Positions 14,427 through 26,274 of a DNA stretch of 64,000 bases are shown here, one piece after another. The notes beneath the pieces were generated by a model, which saw only the letters and a program-made list of their open reading frames with translations, had not been told where the DNA came from and made no database searches. The position numbers were made by a program, and so were the translations under genes. This stretch comes from Octopus sinensis (Eukaryota). Positions within the stretch are counted from its first letter, which is position 1; each line of letters opens with the position of its first letter. The stretch spans positions 22,134,001 through 22,198,000 of the forward strand of contig NC_043020.1 of the NCBI RefSeq assembly GCF_006345805.1, given 5' to 3'.

Positions 14427-17400
14427 AGAGTAAGAACATAAATGTAAGACAAGAAGGGAAAAAAATAGTACTCGAATACTGGAGGTAGAGTAATATGTTT
14501 TATTAATATCTATATGTCTGTCAGCATGAAAAACAGATGTTAAAAGTCTGTTTTCCATTGCCTGTACTATGATGATGATGATGATGATGTATATATTAGT
14601 TGTACACACACATCTCTTTTGTCATTTATTCCAGGGAAGTACTGTCAACATGAATGTCATGGGACCCCTCTACAATATATTTAGTCGAGATAATCCTGGA
14701 TATAAAGGACTCGGTTATTTGCTTCTCATTGGTAAGTTGCTCTGCATTGATATTTCCCTGACGTCAAAGTTTCATCATTCAATTATATTGAATTGGCCTG
14801 CCCTACTTTAAATTGCACGTCTCTACATTACACACACACACACTGTGAAGTCCCAGTCAACTCTGCTCTCTGTATAGAGAATAATGACAGAATCTTTGTG
14901 TTGTTATTCTTTAACCTGCTTTAAACTACTAATCCTGTTTCAACATGCATTCACCTGTATCTGACATACCTGTGCAGGTAACTTCATGCATACATATATG
15001 CATGCACATGTCTCCCCCCCCCAACCATTCAACAAACTGGATGCAGTGTTGATCAAATGTTTTTGTGTTCTTCTCTTTCTTCAGTTGGTGGTGCCACTTG
15101 TCTTGTGTCCTTGTCGTGTGCCTTGTTATTGGCATTATTCGATAAAAGAGCTGACAGAATTCTCAAAGTCAAAGCCAAAGCAGGTGGAGTTTTACTTTTT
15201 GTTTTCTTTTGATAAACACCGAATTGTTGTTGTTGTTGTTTGGGTCTATTATTTTTCAGGTTTCCGTAATTAAACTGTAGCCATGTAGATGGCGCTAGTC
15301 CCTGTCATTTATACCAATCCCCAATACATAGTCTGCTCTTTATGCTAGCATTCTACATTTCAACAAATGGCTGAGTTAATCTGTTGAGTTATGCCTCCCT
15401 TTTGGGAATTGTCTTCTGTTGTTAAGTATGTGTGTGTGTGTACATGTGCAGGTAAAGGTTAGTGACAGGGAGAGTATCCGGCTGTGAAGCTTAATATCTC
15501 AATATGCATTTGTTTAACCTGTGCAAACATGGAAAAGGATGTGTGTGTGTGTATTATCATCACCCCTGCCGGTATGGCTTGGATGGTTTGACCAGAGCTG
15601 GGAAGCTGGATAGCTGCACCAGGTTTCAGTCTGATTTTCGATTGGTTTCTATGGATGGATGCCAACCACTTTACTGTGTATGCTGGTTGCTTTTAATGTG
15701 GCACTGGCACAAGCCCTTGTATGTGGCACCAACATGAATGCCTTTTATGTGGCACTGGTACAAGACTCTTGTAGGCCAATCCTTTTCATCAGGAGGGGTG
15801 GCCTTAATGCTTCTGCTGTGGAGGCCAGGGCTTCTTGTGTGTGTGTGTATTTTGGTTAGTTATAGGGTTCACAATGAGGCAAAGCAACCATGAGATATTG
15901 TGATTGTAGTTTACCACAGATACATACATCTGTAAGTGCCAAATTCAATTTAAACTGTAGATCTGACTCATGGATCACTTCTTCAACATGTTGTTTGTTA
16001 GATTGGGCTATCATGAAAGTGTTACGTTACCTGTTTATACCTATTTAGAATTTTACCTGAAGGTGGTAGATTAATACTTTGATGTAATCTAAGAATACAT
16101 CAGTAAAATTGTACTAAAACCAGTAAAGCATGTGCTGTCCTGGATTGCCAGCTCTTGTCAAACTGTCCAACTCATGTCAGCATGGAAAACAGACATTGAA
16201 TGATGATGGCGATGGTGGTGATAGATTGATGTATATGTCAAGATTCTATAGAATTTCTGGCCCACTGGGCTGAAATCGAAACCAATATACTTGAGAAGTG
16301 GACTCTTACCACAGATTCATGCCTGCATTTGTCTGTCTGTCTGTCTGTCTCTCAGCCTGTCTGCCTGCCTGTCTGCCTGTTTGAGTGTGTGTATGTATGT
16401 GTGTGTGTGTGTATACATATATGTAGGCTGTGTTTTCATTTGTCTGTGTTACATTTTACATGTAACATATATTTATACAACATAATACAACGATGCAATG
16501 TTTCTCTGCTTTGATTTCATTAACAGATGAAGTCGTCAACATAAAAGACGTGAAGGATTTCCCTTTAACGATGTGGCTCATTTGCATCATTTGTGTAGCT
16601 TATTACGTTACAGTCTTCCCATTTATTGGCCTCGGTCTGTGAGTATGGCTTGAAATTTCCTTCTCGTTATCTTTTTCTCTTCTCAATGCTTGTTAATTAT
16701 ATTTCCTTATTTTGACTATTCTAGTAAGAGTTATCTTCCAATTTTTTACTTCTCTACACACGACCAGAGAAACAACATATTAATGTACAATTTAACAAGG
16801 CGTAAAATTTTGGAAACACAAACAATGAAATTTACTTCACTTCTGTGTATACACCACCTCAAAAACAGATATACATGCCATTTTGGAAAACAAGTTTAAT
16901 TTGATGATGATGATTTAATGGCCTCTTTTCCCTGTTTGCATGGGCCAAATAGCATGTTTCGAGACAGATTTTCTGTGGTCAGTTACCCATCTTGTCACCA
17001 ACTCGCACCTGGTTCCAAGTAAGGTGTTATTTTCCCTGTGATTAAACATGTTGTTACCATGGAAGACAGGAAACAAACAATCTCACTTGTGTGTGTGTGT
17101 ATATGTATATATACACATACCCACATGTTCACACATATGCACACACACACACACACACACACATGTGTATGCGTATGGGTGTCATATTTCCTTATTTAAT
17201 TATTTCAAATACAAAACTGATATCCCTCCTCCTCCTCCTCATCATCATCACCATCACCATCATCATCTCCAAATGCTGGCATGAGTTCATTGGTCCAACC
17301 TCACTCAAGTCCCAATGTCTATTTTGGCAATCGTTTCTACAATTAGACACCAATCCTAATGCCCACCACTACAGACTATACTGGGTAAACTGTTTTCTGT

Positions 17401-19231
17401 GTGGGACCGTATGTCTTTAATTGAATATTTAGTATTTATTTTACATGATATGTGTTTAGCAATTAACATAATTTATATAACTAGAATTAATTAAACATAT
17501 TTTTACCTAATGCGCATTACACTTTCTGGCTAATGTAACATAATTTACTTAACAATATTACACATCTTCTTAATTATTCATAATTCACCATTTTTAATTG
17601 ATTTAGTGCTTTACCATTTTTAATTATGCCTGTTAGTCAATCTTTTCCTAAAATTTCTTTTTTTTTTTCCAGAGTCTTTTTTGAAAATAAATTTGATTTT
17701 GATGCTTCATTAGCTGCCACAGTCAACAGGTAAGAATTAGATTTTTCTTTTTCTTCTCCTCCCTTCCTCTTTCCATTTAAGGTAGTGGAATCGGTAGAGC
17801 TTCAAGCATGATACCCAGTGGTATTTAGTTAAGGTTCTTTACTGAGTACCAAGTTCAAATCTCACCAGGGTCAGTGTTGTCTCTCATCCATTCTGGATCA
17901 ATAAAATATGACACCAATCAAGCATTGGCCATTGATATGACTCCCCCAGTTCTCCCTCCCCTATATTTCAGGCCTTGCCCCTGTCTTCAAAAGGGGCCAT
18001 GTTCTGCTCCATAGAGGAGAATAGAGAGAGATGATGCATTGTAGATGCAGAGTTTTATCTTCTGGGAAATAAAGCAATAGCATCAAAGGAGAGAACAGGA
18101 TTCCAGCAGCCAGAATACATCTGGGGTTCATCTGTGGGGTCAGGTCTCCATTGTTGGTAACTGTGGAGCCAAGGTAGACGTAGATGAGGAAGACCTCCAG
18201 AGGCCCAATGTCACCTTGGAAGATGCAGAGAGGCTGGCTCTGGACTGCCAGCAATGGAGAGCATTAGTAGGACCTGGTCAGCTCTATGCACAATGACAGC
18301 ACGGGACCACTAACCTGGGATGACCCCAGCCCCATCAAGCAAGACACGAAGCAAGCAAACAAGTCCCTATATTATGTATTAATGTTATTTATAAGTTATG
18401 AACTGGGAAAGAGGATGGGGCTGGACTGAATTAATTGCACAAAATGTATGGTCTTGCCTCTTTGTCATCATCATTATTATAAAGAGTGTGGTGTTTGGTT
18501 GAATCCGTTGAGCACTAAATAATGTAACTTGTGTTACATAGTTACATCCCTTAGCCTTCTGAGTTCAAATCCCAGTCAGGTCAACTTTGTCCCTTTAATC
18601 TCTATGATTTCAATAAAATAGAATACCAGTTAAATTCTGGGGTTCATTAAATCAATAATTCCTTCTTATCACATTCCTGGCATCATTTCTATTTTAGAAG
18701 CCATTGTTATTATTATTGTTCTGGTGCAACCTCCTGGCTTCCCAGACACCAGTCGAACCGTCCAACCCTTGCCAGCATGGAAAACAGACGTCAAACAATG
18801 ATGATGATGATGGTGATGTTGTTATTGTTACAGCAATGGGGAAAATGCCTTGTAACATTTGTTGTCAATCTTTACATTCTGAGTTCAAATTCCGCACAGG
18901 TTAACTTATTCTGTCATCCTTTAGTGGGGGTCAACAAAGTGAAGTACCAGTTTCACACTTGGGTTTATTGTATTGACAGATGTCTTCCCTTCAAAATTTC
19001 TGGGTTTGTGCCTCTATCAGAAGTCATTCTTCTTCTTCTTCTTAGATGATGATGAGTTAAGACAGCAAGCTGGGCAAAATGCTTAGCGGCATCTCATCTG
19101 TCTTTACATTCTGAGTCCTAACCCTACAAAAGGCAACTTCCCCTTTCATCCATTCGAGGTTAATGATATAAATACCACTTGACTTCTGGGGTCAATGTAA
19201 AACTGCTGGTCTCGTGCCAAAATTAGAAGGA

Positions 19232-19276
<45 letters not shown>

Positions 19277-19433
19277 GTTATTGTTATTTTTATTATTATT
19301 ATTATTATCATCATCATCATCATCATTATTATTCATATACACTCAACAGATTAGACTGTTGGAAAAGAAAAGAATCCTAACATTGGGCTACAACAAGTAG
19401 CCTTAGATGTCGAGGCAGCCTCCGGATGCCAAA

Positions 19434-19474
<41 letters not shown>

Positions 19475-22410
19475 GGCAGTGAGCTGGCAGCATCATTAGC
19501 ATGCTGGGGGAAAAGGCTTAGTGGCATTTCGTCCATCCTTACATTCTGAGTTCAAATCCCACCAAGGTTCACTTCATTTTCCATCCTTTCAGATTTGATA
19601 AAATAAGTACCAGTTGAGCACTGGAGTTCATGTATCTCACATGCCCATTTCCCAATATTCCCGGCCTTGTGCCTAAAGTAGAAAAGATTATTTTTCTGAG
19701 TCCAAATGAGGGCAGCTTTGTCCTTCATATCTCTGGAATCCATAAAGTTCTTCATCGAGTTCTAGCATCAATGTGACTAACATTTGTTGCCCCTCCCCAC
19801 AAAAACAAAAGCCTTGTGCCTGAGAAAGAAATAACTTACTAATTAAACAAACTAATTAACAAATTAACCTGTTTATTTTCAGTATTGTATATATTATCTC
19901 TGCTGTGGCCTCACCTCTCAGTGGTCTGATTGTGGACAAAACTGGTAAAAATATATTCTGGTTGTCTCTTGGCATTTTTGTTACCTTGATCTGCCATGCA
20001 ATAATGGGATTTACGTTCTTAAACCCTTTTGTAGCCATGGTACGTGTACACTCTTTCTCTCTCTTTGTGTGTGTGTGTGTGTTTTATTATGTTCAGTTCT
20101 AATAAAAACAATTTTACATGAATTTGATGGGTTACTCCATACTTTTGTAGATTCCAAATTTGTTGCTCTTAAACATGAATATTATTGAGAGGGACTTCGA
20201 AGTTTCAGCCAGTTAAGCCATCGCCAGACTATTATACATTGACGTTAATCTTGACTTAATGGTATTTCGTCTGTCTTCACATTCTAAGTTCAAATCCCAC
20301 CAAGATTGACTTTCCCTTTCATCCTTTCAGGGTCGATAAATTAAGCACCAGTTGCATACTGGGATCGATCTAATTGACTGGCCTCCTCCCCCAAAATTCT
20401 GGACGTTTCCCTAGAGTAGAAAAAATATATATATACATAAAGAAATAAGATGAAGTGGACATGCTCTGCTGGATGTGCAGTGTGAGTGTGCATAAACAAA
20501 TTAGTACGAAGGTGCTGAGCGAAAAACTGGGCATAAGTGGAATCAGATATTGTGTGCAAGAGAGAAAACTGTTGGTTTGGTCATGTGATGTGTATGGGTG
20601 AGGACAGTTGCATAAAGAAGTGCTGACCAATAAGTGTGGATGGAATCTGTGGAAGAAGGAGACTGAAAAAAACACAAGACAAAGTGGTGAAGAATGACTT
20701 TCAGATGATGAGCCTCATCCAGGAAATGTGAAAGGAGCACCGAGATGAATGGTGACTTGCTTTACTTGAGAAGATCCATTCATCTAAGTAAAAACGAAGC
20801 TTTAAATGTCTGTTCCTTATGTCTGTGCCCCCTGCACACAATTTCTCCCTGAAAAATCTCCCCAACAACTTGTCTTCTTAATGACCCACCCTCCCTTCCA
20901 TTTGTTTTCACCACTCACTTGGATTTCCCCTTCCTCTTATCCCCTACTCTCCTTTCTCACTCACCTAGTCCACCCTCTGTTCCTCTTCACTTATCTTCAC
21001 CCCCTCTTTACTTTCATGCAACACCCTGACACACCTCCACCACCATCTTTTCTTTCTCTCTCCTCTCTCTGTTCCCACTGGGGAAGCCTCTACACCAAGC
21101 CACCTCTTTCTGTCCCTCTCTTATACTTTATCCTCTCTTCAACTGATACAAAGTCACCCTCACTCAATACTACTCTCTCTCAGTTGACAGGTCTTTGTCT
21201 TGCAAGTTACTTGGTGACTTCAGCAGTGCTGGTGCCATGTAAAAAGCACCCAGTATGCTCTGCAAATTGGTTGGGATTAAGAAAGGCATCAAGTTGTAGA
21301 AATGATGCCAAAATAGACAGTAGAGCATGGTACAATCCTTTGGCTCACCAGCTCTTGTCAAACTGTCCAACCCATGCCAGCATGGAAAACAGATGTTACA
21401 TGGTGATGATGATGATGATGATGTATATGTGCTTGTGTGTGTGTGTGTGTGTGTAAAGAGTATCAAGTGCACTATAAAGTGGTTGGTGGAGGGCATCCAG
21501 CTGTAAAAACCTTTCCAAAACAGACATTGTAGCTCGATGCAGTTTGTTGGCTCCTGTCAAACTGTTCAATCCATACCAACATGGAAGATAGGCTTAAAAA
21601 TGGTGATGAGGGTAATGTGATCTGAGAGAGATTTCACTACTATTTCTAGCAGGCTTAGTGACTATTTAGAGGTTTCCCTGCTGTTGTTATTGTTGTGATT
21701 GTTGCTGTATATTCTTTTTTTATATATATATATTTCTTTCATGTTAATGACATTCTCCTATGTTTTCACATTCTTTTATCTGTCCTTGCAGTCCTTGATG
21801 GGTGTCGCCTATTCCATTTTAGCCAGTGCTTTGTGGCCCCTCGTGGCTCATATCATTCCAACACATCAACTCGGAACAGCTTACGGAGTGTAGGTATATC
21901 TTTCCTTCCTAAAATCCTGGGACTTGCTCTAAACCGAATACACAGCTAGTCCTCTTAATTTATTACCTTATGTCAAAACCAGGCTGAGTCGGTAGAGCAT
22001 TGGATAAAATGTCTTTGTGGGATTTAGTCCAATCTTCTATGGTGTATGTTCAAACCATTCCAAAGTCTACTTTACTTTTCATTGTCCTGGGGTTGATAAA
22101 ATAAAGTACCAGTCAATTAAATAGAAGGAGCGATGGCATTGACTAACTCCTCCCCTCAAAAATGCTGACCTCATTCTCTAAACTAGAAACAGTTATTAAG
22201 GCCTAGTGGTTAGCGTGTTGCAGTATTACCCCTTCATACACTGTGCCTCTGTTCAGGCAACGTCAGTTTGATGGAGAGAGTGAGCTTATGTAGAGGACAC
22301 ACATTTGGTCACTCTAAACAAATCATTTGTGCTGGTCATTTGGCAAAAGGCTGAATGCTCATCCATTATCTTCAATGGCAGAGTCCGTCATTATCTTAAT
22401 AATAATAATA

Positions 22411-22443
<33 letters not shown>

Positions 22444-23547
22444 TAGGTGGCAAGCTGGCAGAATCATTGGTGAGTCAGACAAAATATTTTGTGGCATTTC
22501 TTTCAACTCAGCATGTTCTTGAGTTCAAATTCTGTTGAGGTTGACTTTGCTCTTCTTCATTTCAGGGTCAGTAAAAAGGGTACCAGTTAAATATTGATAT
22601 AATCAACGAACCCCCCCCACCCTGAGTAACATTTGACAGTCTTGCGCCAAATGGTAGAACCCTGCCACGGTCGACTTTGCCTTTCATCCTTTCAATAAAA
22701 TAAACGACTCCTTTCCCCCACCATTGCCGCCCAAAATTTGAAGCCATAAAGAAGCAAGCTGATAATATTGATAGTGTGCTGGACAAAATGTTTAGTGGCA
22801 TTTTTACAGGCTGTTTGTATTCTGAGTTCAAATTCCACTGAAGTTGACTTTGCCTTTCATCCTTGAGGTTGATGAAATAAATTCCATTTAAGCACTTGAG
22901 TTGATGTAATCAACTTACTCCATTCCCTGAAATTGCTGGCCTTGTGCCAAAATTTGAAATCACAATCATCATCATTATTATCATTATAATAAAGGTGGCG
23001 AGCTGGCAGAATCGTTAGCATGCTGGATGGAATGTTTAGCAGTATTTCACCTGTCACTACGTTCTGAGTTCAAATTCTGCTGAGGTCAACTTTGCCTTTC
23101 ATCCCTTTGGCATTCATAAAATAAGTATAAGTTAAACACTGGGGTCAATGTAATCGACTAGTTCTCTCCCCTCAATTTTCAGGCCTTATGCCTATATCAG
23201 AAAGGATTATTATTATTATATTTATTTGTTGTAATTGAACAACTTCCCAGTTTATCTCTGTTGCCCTAATGATGGTTTTTTTAATTTAGTTTCTTATTTA
23301 TCAAAAGTTTGGTTCCTGTTCATCAACAGGTTACCCATACATACACTTGCTCTAACTGGGATTGAAACCTCAACAAACCACTTCCGTCCTTCACTCAACA
23401 CATCAATAATAACATTGTCTCTATTTCTTTTCAGAATGCAGGCCATACAGAACTTGGGTCTGGCTTTGGTGTCATATGCTTGTGGTTTAATTGTGGATTC
23501 AAAGGGTTACCTGATATTGGAGGTGTTCTTCCTCGTCTGTTTATGCA
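6161..23547 (+). CDS. MFSD1: Major facilitator superfamily domain-containing protein 1 (lysosomal MFS transporter); 10 internal coding exons, incomplete at both ends
   Basis: Exons 6161-6369, 8909-8976, 10521-10629, 14635-14731, 15085-15183, 16527-16638, 17673-17729, 19883-20039, 21792-21889 and 23435-23547 (1119 nt) join in frame with matching phases and GT-AG sites. The product contains recognisable MFSD1 motifs: GSYFCYDNPAALQ, YSWPNVILCFFGGFLID, IGGESLAVAQNTYAVKWFKGKELNMVFGLQLS, GSTVNMN, YYVTVFPFIGLG, VDKTGKNI, HQLGTAYG, MQAIQNLGL, GYLILEVFF. Confidence 0.97.
8505..8731. mobile_element. piggyBac-type MITE (~227 bp)
   Basis: TTAA-TCCTTTAGC...GCTAAAAGG-TTAA: short TIRs bounded by TTAA on both sides. 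Confidence 0.6.
8909..8976 (+). CDS. MFSD1: MFSD1 coding exon (phase 0 to 2)
   Basis: tctctcAG acceptor; VVFALGGIYNKLWLMDMGRFIF(G); GTGAGT donor at 8977. Confidence 0.96.
9459..9504. mobile_element. Minimal TTAA-CCCT...AGGG-TTAA piggyBac-like remnant (46 bp)
   Basis: TTAACCCTATCAAGCT...AGCGGGAAAAGGGTTAA. Confidence 0.4.
10260..11780 (+). repeat. Cluster of ~5 same-orientation copies of an unclassified ~150-170 bp dispersed repeat around the 10521-10629 exon
   Basis: Recurring AACCCYAGGTCAACCCTGAT...CCATGACCAT...TTGGCTGTTATTTCTAGC at about 10265, 10685, 11209, 11490 and 11696; further copies near 48370-48530 (+) and 60980-61320 (-). Confidence 0.65.
10521..10629 (+). CDS. MFSD1: MFSD1 coding exon (phase 2 to 0)
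   Basis: cctgacAG acceptor; IGGESLAVAQNTYAVKWFKGKELNMVFGLQLSFSRI; GTAAGT donor at 10630. Confidence 0.97.
11783..13150 (-). mobile_element. 5'-truncated CR1-like LINE (reverse transcriptase and C-terminus), antisense in an MFSD1 intron
   Basis: ORFs 12609-13187 (NYRPVSLTS, QHGF, LDFAKAFDSV, SGVPQSSVLGPLLF, LFADDVK) and 11865-12557 (VKDLGILVD, LSYEERL, LEKRRRRGDLI); (TAAC)n tail at about 11783-11797. Confidence 0.92.
14635..14731 (+). CDS. MFSD1: MFSD1 coding exon (phase 0 to 1)
   Basis: attccAG acceptor; GSTVNMNVMGPLYNIFSRDNPGYKGLGYLLLI; GTAAGT donor at 14732. Confidence 0.95.
15085..15183 (+). CDS. MFSD1: MFSD1 coding exon (phase 1 to 1)
   Basis: tttcttcAG acceptor; (V)GGATCLVSLSCALLLALFDKRADRILKVKAKA; weak CAG|GTGGAG donor at 15184. 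Not in the ORF track; frame read by hand. Confidence 0.9.
16527..16638 (+). CDS. MFSD1: MFSD1 coding exon (phase 1 to 2)
   Basis: taacAG acceptor; (D)EVVNIKDVKDFPLTMWLICIICVAYYVTVFPFIGLG; GTGAGT donor at 16639. Confidence 0.96.
17673..17729 (+). CDS. MFSD1: MFSD1 coding exon (phase 2 to 2)
   Basis: Long poly-T tract then ccAG; (L)VFFENKFDFDASLAATVN(S); GTAAGA donor at 17730. Confidence 0.93.
17996..18362. mobile_element. RTE-clade LINE remnant with an inverted 5' segment
   Basis: About 17996-18203 reads on the minus strand as LEV..YVYLGSTVTNNGDL...(frameshifted)LLYGAETWPL-like. About 18204-18362 reads on the plus strand as NVTLEDAERLALDCQQWRALVG followed by an (AAGC)n-like tail. Confidence 0.6.
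19883..20039 (+). CDS. MFSD1: MFSD1 coding exon (phase 2 to 0)
   Basis: ttttcAG acceptor; IVYIISAVASPLSGLIVDKTGKNIFW...FTFLNPFVAM; GTACGT donor at 20040. Confidence 0.96.
20445..20790 (+). mobile_element. RTE LINE 3' fragment, degenerate
   Basis: Frameshifted EVDMLCWMCSVSVHKQISTKVLSEKLGISGIRYCVQER, homologous to the RTE ORF at 25366-26034. Confidence 0.65.
21792..21889 (+). CDS. MFSD1: MFSD1 coding exon (phase 0 to 2)
   Basis: ccttgcAG acceptor; SLMGVAYSILASALWPLVAHIIPTHQLGTAYG(V); GTAGGT donor at 21890. Confidence 0.96.
23435..23547 (+). CDS. MFSD1: MFSD1 coding exon (last visible; phase 2 to 1)
   Basis: tcttttcAG acceptor; MQAIQNLGLALVSYACGLIVDSKGYLILEVFFLVCLC; GTGAGT donor at 23548. Confidence 0.96.
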
Positions 23548-23608
23548 GTGAGTATTTTCTTTGTCTCTCTTATGGTTTTCTCTTTGTGTGTGTACATATG
23601 AATAAACA

Positions 23609-23649
<41 letters not shown>

Positions 23650-23650
<1 letters not shown>

Positions 23651-24040
23651 CTATTATATAAAATCCGTTCTGTCTGTCTGTGTGTGTCTTCTAGGATCTC
23701 TGGCATCCTCCATCTGATTGCGCTCAAATTTGATATGTAGATACTGACGGTATCAGGGCATGTATAAGTTTTGAAAAAATTACAAAAATCAATTCTAGGT
23801 GAGAATGTGATTGATAAAGCCGTGGGAATATGCATTTGTACACAAAAGTACATCAGCTGTTGCGATCGATACTACGCATATGTGAGAAAAATGTACATGC
23901 AGTTTGTGCAAAAAAAGCTGGCTGGCTTGAAATAATGTCACAAAATGGGACGGTCGGACAAGTTGTTTTGAGAAAATTTGGTTTAAATGTTTGACAACTC
24001 AGCACCGTCAATTGGAGGCGGGGGGGGGGCGTTTTGCTCG
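23650..24040 (+). mobile_element. Probable non-autonomous Helitron-like element
   Basis: Begins A|TCTATTATATAAAA and ends in a GC-rich segment followed by CTCG|T (canonical end is CTRR); embedded in TA repeats. Confidence 0.4.
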
Positions 24041-24825
24041 TACATATATATATATATATATATATATAAGGAGCATTCCGTTGGTTATAGCGACAATAGG
24101 GCCCCAGCTGATACAATCAATGGAACAGCTTGCTCGTGAAATTAACGTGCAAGTGGTTGAGCACTCCACAGACACATGTACCCTTAATATAGTTTTCAGG
24201 GATATTCAGCATGACACAGACCACTCATTTTTGCCAACTGAGTGGATTGGAGCAACGTAAAATAAAGTGTCTGGATCAAGGACACAACGCGTCACTGGGA
24301 ATTGAACTTGCGACATAAGCCGAATACCCTAACCACTAAACTACGTGTCTTCACATATACACACATATATATATATATCGTCATCATCATTTAACATCTG
24401 TTTTCCATGCTGTCTTCTCAAGCACAACAAACCGCCAGAAGTCTTGGTCCCATGTCATCCCCTGTGAGGCCCAATGTTTCAGAGAGAAAGAAATAGAGAG
24501 AGAGAGAGAGAAAAGTGCAGATTTGGCTGTGTGGTAAGAAGCTTGCTTCCCAACCATATGGTTCCAGGTTCAGTCCCACTGTGTGGCATCCTGGGCAAGT
24601 GTCTTCTACTATAATCTTGGGCTGATCAGAGCCTTGTGAATAAATTTAGTGGGTAGATACTGAAAGAAGCCTATCGTATACATACATGTGTATGTATGTT
24701 TCTGTAACTTAGCAGCTTGGTAAAAGAGACCAGCCTTAAAAGAAACGGCAGTGGGGTCAATTTCTTCAACTAAATCATTCAAGGCTGTGCCTCAGCATGG
24801 CCACAAGTAAAAGGTGTAAAGGTAT

Positions 24826-26098
24826 CATCATCATCATCATCATTTAATGTCCGCTTTCCATGCTAGCATGGGTTGGATGGTTTGACCGGGGTCTGGTAAG
24901 CCATGGAGACTGCATCAGGCTCCAGTCTGATTTGGCAGTGTTTCTACAGCTGGATGCCCTTCCTAACGCCAACCACTCCGTGAGTGTAGTGGGTGTTTTT
25001 TACGTGCCACCGGCACAGGAGCCAGCGCAGGCTGGCAAACGGCCACGATCGGTTGGTGCTTTTACGTGTCACCGACATGGACGCCAGTCAGGCGACGTTA
25101 GTAACTGCCACACTCGAACGGTGCTTTTACGTATCACCAGCACTGGTGTCTTAACTACAATTACCATTCAAATTTTTGATGTTGACGAACTTGACTCAAC
25201 AGGTCTCCTCAAGAACAGCGGGTCACTCTATGATCCAAGGTCAGCGCAGCAGGCCGTCCTGCGAGCATGAACTCACTTCATTTGTCGGGTCTACGAATCC
25301 TCAAGAACAGTGAGTAACTCTACGATCCAAGGTTAGCACAGCAGGCTGTCCTGCGAGCCATGAACTCACTTCACTAGTCGGGTCTTCGAAGTCACAGCAT
25401 ATCTCCAGAGGTCTTGGTCTTTCGTCATAGCCTCTGTGAGGCTCAAAGTACGAAGGTCATGCTTGACCACCTCGTCCCATGTCTCCCTGGGTCCACCTCT
25501 ACCCCGGATTCCTTCAACAGTTTGGGAGTGGCACTTCTTCTCACATCTCTCCTCATCCATCCTTAGTACATGACCATACCAACGCAATCGTCTCTCCTGC
25601 ACGCTGCATCCAATGCTTCTCATGCTCAACATTTCTCTCAGGACGCTTACACTCTGTCGTGCATGGACACTGACATTACACATCCAGCGGATCATGCTAG
25701 CTTCATTTCTTTGAAGCCTACACACGTCCTCCGCAGTCACAGCCCATGTTTCACTGCCATGAAGTATGGCAGTTCGCACACATGCATCATACAACCTACC
25801 TTTCACTCTGAGCGAGAGACCCTTTGTTGCCAGTAGGGGGAGAAGCTTCCTAAACTTTGCCCAAGCTATTCTTATTCTAGTGGTAATGCTCTCTGAGCAT
25901 CCACCCCTGCTACTAACTTGGTCACCTAGGTAGCAGAAACTATCAACTACTTCTAGTTCCTCCCCAAGGAATGTAATGTTATCTGTTTTCTGAGTGTCAA
26001 TGGTGTCAATTGCCCCTGTGCATCTGCCACACATGAAAGCTATCTTCTCGGTTAATTTTCCTTTGATATTGCTGCACTTCTTATGTGTCCACAGCTTA
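24826..26098 (-). mobile_element. 5'-truncated RTE-clade LINE
   Basis: ORF 25366-26034 (LEVVDSFCYLGD, LYDACVRTAILHGSETW, LRWYGHVLRM, GRGGPRETW, KDQDLWR); (ATG)n tail at 24826-24843; ~90-bp tandem duplication at 25207-25385. Confidence 0.9.
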
Positions 26099-26172
26099 CA
26101 CTAGTATATATATATATATATATAAATGCATATGCATATATATATATATATAAATAAATGCATATGCATATT

Positions 26173-26217
<45 letters not shown>

Positions 26218-26274
26218 AATGCATATGCATATATATATTATATATATAATTACCATATGCTTTTTTCTCGCGTG

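Larger units (their letters stand above)
17780..23225 (+). mobile_element. Chain of ~12 same-orientation tRNA-head SINEs (Nin/Deu-like central domain), interleaved with MFSD1 exons
   Basis: Repeated TTCTGAGTTCAAAT (B box)...ACTTTGCCTTTCATCC...GATAAAATAAGTACCAG...GGCCTTGTGCC and (ATT)n tails at about 17780, 18480, 18815, 19058, 19473, 19690, 20200, 21980, 22445, 22630, 22750 and 22992. The Nin/Deu assignment is from recollection of that motif. Confidence 0.75.

Noticed and set aside
20806-21456. 216-aa ORF
   Set aside because: Pyrimidine-rich low-complexity sequence running into an RTE-tail repeat; no domain signature.
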